A DNA stretch of 64,000 bases from an uncultured Nitrososphaerales archaeon (GTDB lineage: Archaea > Thermoproteota > Nitrososphaeria > Nitrososphaerales > Gagatemarchaeaceae): NCBI GenBank assembly GCA_963706445.1, contig OY970160.1:448001-512000 (forward strand), read 5' to 3'. Position numbers and translations under genes: made by a program. This document shows, in pieces, positions 8,563-17,650 of the stretch. Every line of letters begins with the position of its first letter. Positions within the stretch are counted from its first letter, which is position 1. The notes below the pieces were generated by a model that ran no database searches, was not told where the DNA came from, and saw only the letters and a program-made list of their open reading frames with translations.

Positions 8563-9864
8563 GTGAAAGGAGAGAAGTACCAGGTCTCGGCCGCAGCGGA
8601 CGTCATATCAGGCAGGGCGGCTGCCGACGTCGAGGTGAGGGGGTGGGTCTCCCGCAAACACACCGTCGGTGGGCTGATATTCGCCATGATCAGAGACGGG
8701 TCCGGGTACGTGCAGGTCTCTGCCCGCAAGGGGACCGTCGGGGGGCCCTACGACTCTGCGAAGGCCGCGACCAAGGAGTCGGCTGTCGTCGTCCGGGGGA
8801 CAGTAAAGGACGACAAGCGCGCGCCGGGCGGGAAGGAGATAGCCGCAGATGAATTTACGATTGTGTCGCTGGCGGAGAGCTGGCCCATAACCAAGACGGC
8901 TGCGAAGTCTGCGTCCTACCTATTCGACAAAAGGCACCTGAGCATCCGGGGACCCAAGGCGATAGCCTCCATGCGGATCAGGGCCGAAGTGGTGGGAGCA
9001 GCGTTCGATTACTTTAGAGAGAACGGCTTCCAACTCATCAGCGCCCCCACCTTCGTCCAGGCGGCCGTAGAGGGAGGGTCGACCCTTTTCGAGGTCGACT
9101 ACTTCGGGAAGAAGGCGAACCTGAGCCAGAGCGCCCAGTTCTATGAAGAGGCAGCCCTCCCAGCGCTCCAAAAGGTCTGGATCTACCAGCCTGCATTCCG
9201 GGCGGAGAAGTCCAAGACTGCAAAGCACCTGACCGAGTTCTGGATGATAGAGGCTGAACAGGCGTTCGCCGACCAGGAGGAGAACATGAAGGTCCAGGAA
9301 GGGCTGCTATCGAAGATGGTTGAGAGGGTCATCGAGCATAGACAGGCCGAACTCCAGACTCTGGGGAGGACGATCAAGCAGCCCGGCAGGCCTTTCCCAA
9401 GGATGTCCTACGACGAGGCGAGGGGCATCGCCGAGAAAAAAGGGTTCGGTTTCGAATGGGGGGACGACCTCCCCACCGAAGCGGAGAGGGCCATCAGTCT
9501 CACCCAGGATTCCCCCTTCTTCGTCACGGACTATCCGCTCAGCGCACGGTCATTCTATCACATGACCTATGCCGATAGGCCCAAGGTGACCATGTCTGCC
9601 GACCTCATAGCCCCGGAAGGCATCGGGGAGCTGGCCACAGGGGGCCAGAGAATCCACGACTACAACGAGCTGATGGCGAGGATCGCAAACCAGGACCTCC
9701 CGACCGAGTCGTTCTCATGGTACCTGGAGCTCAGGAAGTTCGGCATGCCCCCGCACTCGGGGTTCGGCATCGGGGTCGAGAGGTCGACCCGTTGGATCGC
9801 CGGACTGAAGCACATCCGCTCCGCCAGTCTCTTCCCCCGGACAGTTTCGCGTATCTCCCCCTAG
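8563..9864 (+). CDS. asnS: Class IIb aminoacyl-tRNA synthetase, most likely asparaginyl-tRNA synthetase
   Basis: OB-fold VRGWV/RDGSG, LSQSAQFYEE, FRAEKS...HLTEFW, APEG.GE and PHSGFGIGVER. Confidence 0.8.
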   Translation: MKGEKYQVSAAADVISGRAAADVEVRGWVSRKHTVGGLIFAMIRDGSGYVQVSARKGTVGGPYDSAKAATKESAVVVRGTVKDDKRAPGGKEIAADEFTIVSLAESWPITKTAAKSASYLFDKRHLSIRGPKAIASMRIRAEVVGAAFDYFRENGFQLISAPTFVQAAVEGGSTLFEVDYFGKKANLSQSAQFYEEAALPALQKVWIYQPAFRAEKSKTAKHLTEFWMIEAEQAFADQEENMKVQEGLLSKMVERVIEHRQAELQTLGRTIKQPGRPFPRMSYDEARGIAEKKGFGFEWGDDLPTEAERAISLTQDSPFFVTDYPLSARSFYHMTYADRPKVTMSADLIAPEGIGELATGGQRIHDYNELMARIANQDLPTESFSWYLELRKFGMPPHSGFGIGVERSTRWIAGLKHIRSASLFPRTVSRISP

Positions 9865-9901
9865 GGCATGCTTATCTAGTGGAAAGCACTCGCGTGAAAC
9901 G

Positions 9902-10900
9902 TTGACTGAAACAGGTGTTAATGAGGAACTTGAGGTCGACACCCTCCCGGGCGTTGGTCCCGCAACAAAGCAGAAACTGAAGGACGCGGGGATCGAGACG
10001 ATCCTTGATCTCGCGACGGCTGGGCCCATGGACATAGCCGAGGCGGTAGACATCGACGTCTCGAAAGCCGTGGATCTCAACAACAAGGCGCGCAAGAAAC
10101 TCGTGGAGCTGCACCGCCTTGAACCCGACTTCATCAACGCCGCGGACCTCCTTGTGAAGAGGAAGGCAATCGACAGGATTTCGACTGGCTCGAAGAACCT
10201 GGACGACCTGCTCGGTGGGGGGATTGAGACTTGGGCACTGACCGAGTTCTACGGCGAATTCGGCTCGGGCAAGAGCCAGATCTGTCACACTCTTAGCGTA
10301 ATGGTCCAGGCGCCGAAGGGCGAGGGAGGACTCGACGCGGGCGTCATCTACGTAGACACCGAGGGCACATTCAGGCCAGAGAGAATCGCCGAGATCGCGG
10401 AGGCGAGGGACATGGACTCCGACAAGATCCTGTCGCGAATCACCGTGGCGAGGGCTTACAACAGCGCCCACCAGGAGCTCATAGTCAAGGACCTCGGAAG
10501 GATCATCGAGCCGAACAAAGTCAAACTCGTAATATTGGACAGCGCGGTTGCTCATTACAGGGCCGAGTTCTTGGGCAGGGGGACCCTATCCGAGAGGCAG
10601 CAGAGGCTTAACAGGTTCATGCACCAGCTCCTCAGGACAGCCGAAATTTACAACATAGCAGTGGTCCTGACCAACCAGGTCCAAGCCGCTCCCGACTCGT
10701 TCTTCGGGGACCCGACGCGGCCTACAGGCGGGCACGTCGTCGCCCACACAAGCACCTACAGGATATACCTGAGGAAGGCCGCCAAGAACCGCATCGCCAG
10801 GATGGTCGACAGCCCATACCACCCGGAGAGGGACACCGTCTTCTGCCTCAACGAGAAAGGAGTCGACGACCCGTCGGAAGAAACGATCAGAAAAAGGTAG
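9902..10900 (+). CDS. radA: DNA repair and recombination protein RadA
   Basis: HhH LPGVGP, FxxA, Walker A GEFGSGKS, YVDTEGTFRPER and GGHVVAH; no intein. Confidence 0.97.
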   Translation: MTETGVNEELEVDTLPGVGPATKQKLKDAGIETILDLATAGPMDIAEAVDIDVSKAVDLNNKARKKLVELHRLEPDFINAADLLVKRKAIDRISTGSKNLDDLLGGGIETWALTEFYGEFGSGKSQICHTLSVMVQAPKGEGGLDAGVIYVDTEGTFRPERIAEIAEARDMDSDKILSRITVARAYNSAHQELIVKDLGRIIEPNKVKLVILDSAVAHYRAEFLGRGTLSERQQRLNRFMHQLLRTAEIYNIAVVLTNQVQAAPDSFFGDPTRPTGGHVVAHTSTYRIYLRKAAKNRIARMVDSPYHPERDTVFCLNEKGVDDPSEETIRKR

Positions 10901-10951
10901 CTGGCTCCTAACGGTTTTATAGTGAGAACCGAGCGCCCACTCGCGTCTCAC

Positions 10952-13681
10952 ATGAAAGGTTCTCGGTTGCTCGTAGTAGCCGTCGTTGCTCTCATGATCC
11001 TCGCGGCAATCCCCGCCCAGGTTGCCCAGGGACAGAGCGCGTACACCGAGAAACTGAGCGTATTCGTCTCAGGCTCAGACGCACTTTGGTACTTCACCTA
11101 CACCGGGATCAACGGGTCGAGCAAGCTCTCAGCATTCGAGTCGACCCCGGGGCTCAGCTGGTACAACGTCACCGCCATAAGCACCGCAGGCTTCCTTTCC
11201 GATATGCAGCTCTTCGGGCCGAGGGGGTACGACATCCTCCCCGTCCCGTTCATCCCGTCCCAGGGGCTCTTCCTCAAACTCGGGTCGGACTCCTATGCCG
11301 ACGCCTCAGCCGCTGCGAAGTCTATGGATTCGTATCTCCTCACGTCGTTCACTTCGTACTCTAATGGTACCGGGACCTACTCCTTCTACAGCCCGATATC
11401 CTTCGCCCCGCTGGTTACCAACACTCTCTGGAAGTTCGTCCCTTCCTCTGCTGGCGGATTTGCCAACGCCCTAAGTCAGACGGTGTTTCTCGGGTCGGAC
11501 TCTCCCTTCATCGTCCTTGAAGGCCAGAAGGCCTCCTCGGGATTCAACCACAGCCTGGTCATAGGCTCGATCAGCTCCACGGCCCTCAACGGCACGGACC
11601 AGCCTAACCTTCTGGGGTACTTCTCAGGGACGGTCACCTCAATTCATGCTTCGAGCGAAAGCTCCTCTTCGGTGGTCCAAGTCAGGTTCCTTGACGGAAT
11701 CGTGGTGTCCACAGATAAGGCGACGGTCACCAGTAACTCGGCCGACTTCACAGGATCCTACACCCTTACCCTGGCGCCGGGCAACTCCCTGTACTCGATC
11801 AACGCGACCGTCGTCGAGCAGCCCGCCCCCCTCCTCGCCTCCAGGGCGGTGGACACCGGAGTCCTGCGAACTGACGATTCGATAGCAGTAACTCTTACTC
11901 TGCAGAACCTTTCGCCCTCTGATACCATAACCAAGGTGTTGTTCTCGGATGACTGGTGGAACACGACAGGAGACTTCAAATTCCTCGGCGGGAACTACAC
12001 CGTGCTCCCGACCCAGACAATCTCCCCAGGTGGGTCCGTGACGCCGGTCTATAGACTCCAATACACCGGGACATCGACGGGGAGCCTGACGATACCCGCG
12101 TCCGTAGTGCGCTACCAGTACACCGTTGTAGGAAACACGTTCAACGGGACAGCGATCATGAACCCTATCAGGTTGTCATTGGGGGCGGATGACGCCGTCG
12201 TCTATACCAACGTCGTCCCCGTCGGTGGTTTCGACCAGGTCGCTGGAGCGACCCAGAAATTCAACGTCACTGCCACTAATGTCGGCACCCTCCCCGCTTC
12301 TTCTGTCGTCGTCGCAGGCCAATCCATAGCCGGGCTTGCCGCGAAGTCCGGGAGCTCTGCGGGTGGCTCTGCGACCGTCACCGTCACCCTCACGGTGAAC
12401 GGGCTGCTAGGGGTGAACCAGACGAAGGCCTTCTCGACGACCTATCTGAACCCCAGCGGGGCGTCGCTCAACTCGACGTCGAACACCGTTCCGACAGTCT
12501 TCTCGCACACTTCGATGCTGATAGGGTACCCCGCCGTAGCGGTCGGCGCCCAGTTGGCCTCGCTGGTGAGCCTGCAGACCAACCTTACACTCACCTTCAC
12601 GACGACCAACGGCGGTTTCGCAAACGTGACGTCGTTCCGCGCGACCGGTACCCTCCCTGCCGGCCTGGGGTGTGGCATCATCAACGGCACGGGTCTGAGC
12701 TGCTCGGGGAAAGTCCTCACTTTGAGCTATCCTACCTTGAATAGCTCAGCGACGTTTACTACCACCATGAAGTACAATTTGACGGACGCCCAGAACTACC
12801 TGATGGCCCCTCTCCGGTTCAGCGGACTGGACGCAACGGGAAACATTACGGGATACTCGAACTCAGTCGCGATACCCGGGGGTTTGGTGGTCTCAAAGGA
12901 TTTCGTGCCTGCCCAGCTGTTCGGTGGGATGAACTCACAGGTGAAGGTCACCGCCACTAACTTCGGTCCTCTCCCCGTGTTCAATGTTACCGTGGGTTCG
13001 ACCGTTGATTCCTTCGACACATTTTCAAGCGCTGCCAATCTGACCAAGACCGTCGACACAATAGCTGCAGGCGGGAACACCGCCGTGTTCTATGGGGTGA
13101 CCGCCACCCAGACCTTCGGGACCCTCAACGGGACGGCTGGGACCGCAAGCTTCTACTTCGGGGGCTCGTCCTTCACCATCTCAGGAGCCAAGCCCTCGGT
13201 TAAGGTCTACCAGCCGCTGACAGCCACCATATCGACCTACCCCATCACCCCGGAGGAAGGGAAGAACTTCACGATAACTTTCACGATCACGAACCCCTCT
13301 GGGGTCCCTGTCTCTGATGTCCTCTTCACCCTCTCTGTCCCCTCCGGGGTCGGGCTGTCAGACCTGCGAAACGCCCAGCTTTCGGCGGGGGTACTGACGA
13401 TGAACTTGGGGTCCCTCTCGGCCCACGGGGTCGCCACGGCCACCGTCTCGGCGGTCGCCAGCTCTGGGATCACCATCCCATTCAGCAACGGGAAACTCAC
13501 CTTCACCTACTCTGGGATCACCATCAACGGCCTTGTGCCTACGAGCACGGGCATCGCAATCAGCGAGGACATCACCACAAGGTACCTCATCCCAACCGCT
13601 TTCGTCCTTCTGGTGCTCCTCTTCACAGCGTTCTATATCAGAAGGAAGGTAGGCCCTACCGTTCCCGCTTCCCCGAAGTAA
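10952..13681 (+). CDS. Large secreted cell-surface/S-layer-like glycoprotein with Ig-like repeats and C-terminal TM anchor
   Basis: Signal peptide MKGSRLLVV..AQG, S/T/G-rich beta composition, ~23 N-x-S/T sequons, C-terminal TM + RRK; TTTTATA at ~10915-10921. Confidence 0.8.
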   Translation: MKGSRLLVVAVVALMILAAIPAQVAQGQSAYTEKLSVFVSGSDALWYFTYTGINGSSKLSAFESTPGLSWYNVTAISTAGFLSDMQLFGPRGYDILPVPFIPSQGLFLKLGSDSYADASAAAKSMDSYLLTSFTSYSNGTGTYSFYSPISFAPLVTNTLWKFVPSSAGGFANALSQTVFLGSDSPFIVLEGQKASSGFNHSLVIGSISSTALNGTDQPNLLGYFSGTVTSIHASSESSSSVVQVRFLDGIVVSTDKATVTSNSADFTGSYTLTLAPGNSLYSINATVVEQPAPLLASRAVDTGVLRTDDSIAVTLTLQNLSPSDTITKVLFSDDWWNTTGDFKFLGGNYTVLPTQTISPGGSVTPVYRLQYTGTSTGSLTIPASVVRYQYTVVGNTFNGTAIMNPIRLSLGADDAVVYTNVVPVGGFDQVAGATQKFNVTATNVGTLPASSVVVAGQSIAGLAAKSGSSAGGSATVTVTLTVNGLLGVNQTKAFSTTYLNPSGASLNSTSNTVPTVFSHTSMLIGYPAVAVGAQLASLVSLQTNLTLTFTTTNGGFANVTSFRATGTLPAGLGCGIINGTGLSCSGKVLTLSYPTLNSSATFTTTMKYNLTDAQNYLMAPLRFSGLDATGNITGYSNSVAIPGGLVVSKDFVPAQLFGGMNSQVKVTATNFGPLPVFNVTVGSTVDSFDTFSSAANLTKTVDTIAAGGNTAVFYGVTATQTFGTLNGTAGTASFYFGGSSFTISGAKPSVKVYQPLTATISTYPITPEEGKNFTITFTITNPSGVPVSDVLFTLSVPSGVGLSDLRNAQLSAGVLTMNLGSLSAHGVATATVSAVASSGITIPFSNGKLTFTYSGITINGLVPTSTGIAISEDITTRYLIPTAFVLLVLLFTAFYIRRKVGPTVPASPK

Positions 13682-14717
13682 ATTCCTCGAAGGCTGCCTT
13701 GGCAGCCGGGTACGGCATCTGCACGGGCGGGTGCTTGAAGCAGAACGCGGAAAGGCTCTCGAGCTGGCCGGACACCCCCCTGTCCAGCGCTACCCGCGAG
13801 CCCCTGATGGCGTCGACCATCACCCCTCCGCTGTCGTAGGCGTCCACGACGTGGAGCTTTACGTCCATCTTCACCACAGTCCCCCCGAAATACCGCCCCT
13901 TCAGCCAGATGTAGCAAACCTTGTCGTTTTCGAGGAACGGGACGTAATCGCTCGGCCCGATGCGCGTGGGGACTTCGTAGGGGGACATCGCCCTGACGGC
14001 GCTCGTCTTGCTCTCCCTCTTGTCCTTCAGCCTGCTCTCCTCGAGCATGTTGAGGAAGTCCGTGTCCCCCCCGATGTTGAGCTGGTACGTCTCGTCCACC
14101 TTGACCCCCCTGTCTACGGCCATCTTGACGAGGGTCTTGTGGAGCACCGTCGCCCCTATCTGGCTCATGACGTCGTCCCCTGCCACGGGGAGGCCCTCCC
14201 TGGCGAACCTGTCCGCCCACGTCTTGTCCGAGGCTATGAACACCGGTATTGCATTGACGAAGGCGACCCCCGCCTTCAGCGCGGCCTCTGCATAGGCCCC
14301 CGAGGCGGCTGTGCTCCCCACGGGGAGATAGTTAACGAGAATCTGAGCCCCGGAGTCCTTCAGCTCCTGGACGACGTCCTGCTCAGGCTGCCCTGAAATG
14401 GCTACGACTTCCTTGAGGTACTTCCCGATGCCGTCGAGGAGCGGCCCCTTCTTTACCTTGACGTCCAAGTTGGGCACGTCGGAAATCTTCACCGTGTTGT
14501 TGGGGTGCTGGAATATCGCTTGGGACAGGTCCTTCCCGACCTTCTTGGAGTTCACGTCGAAGGCTGCGACGAACTCTATGTCCTTGGGGGTGTACCCACC
14601 GACATCCCAATACGTGAGCCCCTCGTCGGGCCCTTTCCTCGAATAATAGTGAAGCCCCTGGATGAGGGCCGACGCGCAGTTCCCCACCCCGGCGATGGCT
14701 ACCTTGATCTTCGCCAA
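13656..14717 (-). CDS. ino1: myo-inositol-1-phosphate synthase
   Basis: GVGNCAS, NYLPVGS, GDD..SQ.GAT, QLNIGG.TDF.NM and GPSDYVP. Confidence 0.95.
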   Translation of the reverse strand: MAKIKVAIAGVGNCASALIQGLHYYSRKGPDEGLTYWDVGGYTPKDIEFVAAFDVNSKKVGKDLSQAIFQHPNNTVKISDVPNLDVKVKKGPLLDGIGKYLKEVVAISGQPEQDVVQELKDSGAQILVNYLPVGSTAASGAYAEAALKAGVAFVNAIPVFIASDKTWADRFAREGLPVAGDDVMSQIGATVLHKTLVKMAVDRGVKVDETYQLNIGGDTDFLNMLEESRLKDKRESKTSAVRAMSPYEVPTRIGPSDYVPFLENDKVCYIWLKGRYFGGTVVKMDVKLHVVDAYDSGGVMVDAIRGSRVALDRGVSGQLESLSAFCFKHPPVQMPYPAAKAAFEEFTSGKRER

Positions 14718-14810
14718 GCCTGATTCTCTCGGCCGAAATCCCCGCCGTTAAAACGATTTGTTCGTTATACGAGAGAATGCTAATAATCGGTCTCCCCCAG
14801 AACAGAGGAC

Positions 14811-15224
14811 ATGGAGGAACGGTCCGCGGGGTCGGTGGTCTACAGGGACGGTGGGGGCCCGCGACTCTTCCTGCTGCTTCAGAACGCCGGCCGCTGGGAC
14901 TTCCCCAAGGGCGGGGTGGAAAAGGGCGAGAGCGAACTGCAGACCGCCGTCAGGGAGGTGGAAGAGGAGACGGGGCTGAAGGACCTCAAGTTCGTGCCCG
15001 GGTTCAGGAAGGTGATAGAGTACTTCTACAGGAGGGACGGGAAGAACATTCACAAGCAGGTGGTGTACCTCCTCGCTAGAACCGACGTGGAGAAGGTCGA
15101 GATATCATTCGAGCACCAGGGATATGGGTGGTTCCCGTTCAAGGAGGCGCATGAAAGGGCGTCCTACGGGAACTCGAAGATCACGCTTACCGAGGCGGAG
15201 AATTTCATCCGGGAATCGGCTTAG
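14811..15224 (+). CDS. NUDIX hydrolase, Ap4A hydrolase-like
   Basis: WDFPKGGVEKGESELQTAVREVEEETG Nudix box and S.EH..Y.W. Confidence 0.9.
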   Translation: MEERSAGSVVYRDGGGPRLFLLLQNAGRWDFPKGGVEKGESELQTAVREVEEETGLKDLKFVPGFRKVIEYFYRRDGKNIHKQVVYLLARTDVEKVEISFEHQGYGWFPFKEAHERASYGNSKITLTEAENFIRESA

Positions 15225-15898
15225 AACTCTACCAGAGGGTGAGGCTGAGTGAGCTTCACGACCTTGATGTAGTGGTACCCAGGCTCGTCGGTCCTCTTCA
15301 CGTACGTCGTCTCTGTAATCTTGTCATAGGAGTACCTCAGGAATCCGGAAGGTTCGTCCTTCCCATGAGTGTAGAAGAAGATGGAGGCCTCTTCGTAGTC
15401 GTCGATGCGGGCGAAGGTCCCGACCACCCACCCATTCCCGTTCTTGAAGGCGAACAGAGGGAGCGGGGGCTCCTCAAACAGCGTCTTGTATGCCCCGACC
15501 TTCACCAGGCTGGGGATGTTCTCAACCTCTATCGCCATGAACTTGTCCTGGAAGTCGGCCTTCTCGTCAAGTATCTTCGGCATCTTCTGGACCCGAATCA
15601 CTGGTGCGTACAGGTAGGACGCGTTGCTTGCAGAGCTGACAAGCTGGACCTCCTCCCCTTCGCCGGTGATCCTGTAGGCGAGGAATTCGTCCACTGCCGC
15701 GTTGTCGAAGTAGTAGAATATGGGGGTCCCCATGAAGAGGTCCGCCTGGGCCGCGATCCTCACAGCCTTGCCGTGCTTGAACGCGAATAGCGGGAAGGGG
15801 GCTCGCTCGAGTGCGCACGAAAGTCTCCCCAGCTCCAGCATCGAATCGAGGCCGACATAGCAGGCGCCACCAATCTTCTGCTCCTCTTTCTTCGGCAA
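15221..15898 (-). CDS. Hypothetical protein built from two tandem copies of one domain
   Basis: PFPLFAFK..IFYY..FLAY..Y.Y.PVIRV is repeated as PLPLFAFK..IFFY..FLRY..YHYIKVVKL. Confidence 0.75.
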   Translation of the reverse strand: MPKKEEQKIGGACYVGLDSMLELGRLSCALERAPFPLFAFKHGKAVRIAAQADLFMGTPIFYYFDNAAVDEFLAYRITGEGEEVQLVSSASNASYLYAPVIRVQKMPKILDEKADFQDKFMAIEVENIPSLVKVGAYKTLFEEPPLPLFAFKNGNGWVVGTFARIDDYEEASIFFYTHGKDEPSGFLRYSYDKITETTYVKRTDEPGYHYIKVVKLTQPHPLVEF

Positions 15899-15985
15899 CT
15901 GAACCGGCCGCTCCTCTGTTGGTTATAAGTCTGCGAGGGCGAAAATGGGGTCCCTGTCAAAAAGGGGCGTTGCCGGGGCAATGGC

Positions 15986-16378
15986 GTGAGCGAGTGGAGG
16001 AAAGAGACGGCTTCAGATCTCGAAGAAGCGAAGAGCCGCCTCGAGGGAGTGATAGCCTCCATCAGAGGCGAGCCGACGGCGGAGCAAATCCACTCCATCT
16101 GGACCGCCTACGTCAAGGTGGAGAAGAGCATCGCTTTCATAAAATTCGACCTTGACGAAGAGAACCCAGGACGGTTCATCCGCCTGAAGGGGTATTCCGT
16201 CCCCGATGAAAGGCAGGCGCTCCAGTTCGCTCTGAAGAACCTCAAGAAAGGTATGGTGAGCTTCACCGTAGGGGACTTCGTGCAGGCTCTGAAGGAGCTC
16301 CGCGAATCGAGGAACTACCTGAGAGCTCTGCTCCGTGAGAAGCGGCTGAAACGGGCTCGTTCTGCCCGGCGCGCCTAG
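15986..16378 (+). CDS. Hypothetical helical protein
   Basis: GTG-started 130-aa ORF filling the gap between neighbours with typical codon bias. Confidence 0.7.
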   Translation: MSEWRKETASDLEEAKSRLEGVIASIRGEPTAEQIHSIWTAYVKVEKSIAFIKFDLDEENPGRFIRLKGYSVPDERQALQFALKNLKKGMVSFTVGDFVQALKELRESRNYLRALLREKRLKRARSARRA

Positions 16379-16824
16379 GCTTCTTCCTCTGCCTTCTTCT
16401 TCTTGGGGCGGGGCTTCTTCGAAGCGGCCTTCTTGGGCTTTGTCTTCTCTTCGGAGGCCCCTTCCTTTGCCGGCTCCTCGGCTGCCGTCTCTTCGGCCGG
16501 CTCAGCTTCCTCCTTCGCCGGCATTTCGGGGAGCTTTTCGGGCGCCTTCTTCTCCTCTTCCTCCTCCTTCTCCCCGAGCTCTATCTCCTGGATTGTAAGC
16601 TCCTTGCCCGCGACGAAGACCCTGTACTTCTTGCGGACCCCGTTCATGTAGAGGAACCTCTTGATGTACGTCTTGACCTGCCTCGGCTTCAATCCCTGCT
16701 TCACCTGATCATCTTCGATTACGATCTCTCCGCCGGACAGAGACGGCTTCGCGCCGACCCTGGGCTCAAGGAAAGCGACAAGGTCGTCTCCCTTGTCCTT
16801 GAGAGTGCCGAGTGTTACCTTCAT
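16375..16824 (-). CDS. Putative eL22 (L22e)-like ribosomal protein with acidic/Lys-rich C-terminal tail
   Basis: L.AFL..RV...KPRQVKTYIKRFLY..G.RKKYRVFV resembles the eL22 core; start moved to ATG 16824. Confidence 0.62.
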   Translation of the reverse strand: MKVTLGTLKDKGDDLVAFLEPRVGAKPSLSGGEIVIEDDQVKQGLKPRQVKTYIKRFLYMNGVRKKYRVFVAGKELTIQEIELGEKEEEEEKKAPEKLPEMPAKEEAEPAEETAAEEPAKEGASEEKTKPKKAASKKPRPKKKKAEEEA

Positions 16825-16864
16825 CTTACTCGCCCCTTCCTCGCGTATCGATATATCTGTTCTC

Positions 16865-17647
16865 TTATTTCCCGTATCTACGTCTGCGCTTCTGATATGT
16901 CCTGACCGCCCTGAGGAGGTCGATGAGCCTGAAGGCGGGCCAGAAGACGTCCACGAACACAAGCTCGGAGTACGCCCCCTGCCAGAGAAGGAACCCACTC
17001 ATCCTCTCCTCCCCCGACGTCCTGATAATCAGGTCAGGCTCCTGGTTGGGTAGGTACGAAGTGTATAGCCTCTTCGACACCGTCTCCTCGGTGATTGAGT
17101 CCGGGCTGAGCTTCCCGTTCTTGACGTCCTGGGCCACGGACCTGACCACGTCCGTGATCTCCGCCCGTCCCCCGTAGGCGACGGCGATGTTGAGGTAGTG
17201 GTCGCTGTACCCCGCCGTCTTGGTCTCGATGGCGGACAAGAGATTGAGTATGGACTTTGGAAGGAGGTCCATGTGGCCGATTGCCCTTACATTGACCTTG
17301 TATCTGACGATTCTCTCGTCGTTGAGCAGCCTCGCCAGCCGGGCCTCGATGAGCTCGAAGAGCTCCCTGAGCTCCTCAGGGGACCTGTCGAGGTTCTCGG
17401 TCGAGAGGACGTAGAGAGTTACAGTCTTGACCCCGAGCTCATGGCACCAGTCGAGGAGCTCCTCAGCCCTGTTCGCCCCTTCTTCGTGCCCGAGGCCCCT
17501 GAAAATCCCCTGGTTCTGCGCCCATCTTCTGTTCCCGTCCAGGATTATCCCTATGTGACTGGGGATCTCGTCTCCTTCTACCTGGGCCTTGAGCCTACCC
17601 TCGTAGATTCTGTAGACCCCAAGGTATCTCAGCGCGGACTCTAACAT
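16865..17647 (-). CDS. uppS: cis-prenyltransferase (polyprenyl diphosphate synthase)
   Basis: P.HIGIILDGNRRWA, STEN..R, AYGGR.EI and IRTSGEERMSGFLLWQ. Confidence 0.96.
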   Translation of the reverse strand: MLESALRYLGVYRIYEGRLKAQVEGDEIPSHIGIILDGNRRWAQNQGIFRGLGHEEGANRAEELLDWCHELGVKTVTLYVLSTENLDRSPEELRELFELIEARLARLLNDERIVRYKVNVRAIGHMDLLPKSILNLLSAIETKTAGYSDHYLNIAVAYGGRAEITDVVRSVAQDVKNGKLSPDSITEETVSKRLYTSYLPNQEPDLIIRTSGEERMSGFLLWQGAYSELVFVDVFWPAFRLIDLLRAVRTYQKRRRRYGK

Positions 17648-17650
17648 TTG

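Noticed and set aside
9872-10555. Long antisense ORF opposite radA, and many similar shadow ORFs (e.g. 13731..14396, 21066..21788, 52666..53343)
   Set aside because: Expected from high GC3 codon bias opposite well-supported genes; no recognisable motifs
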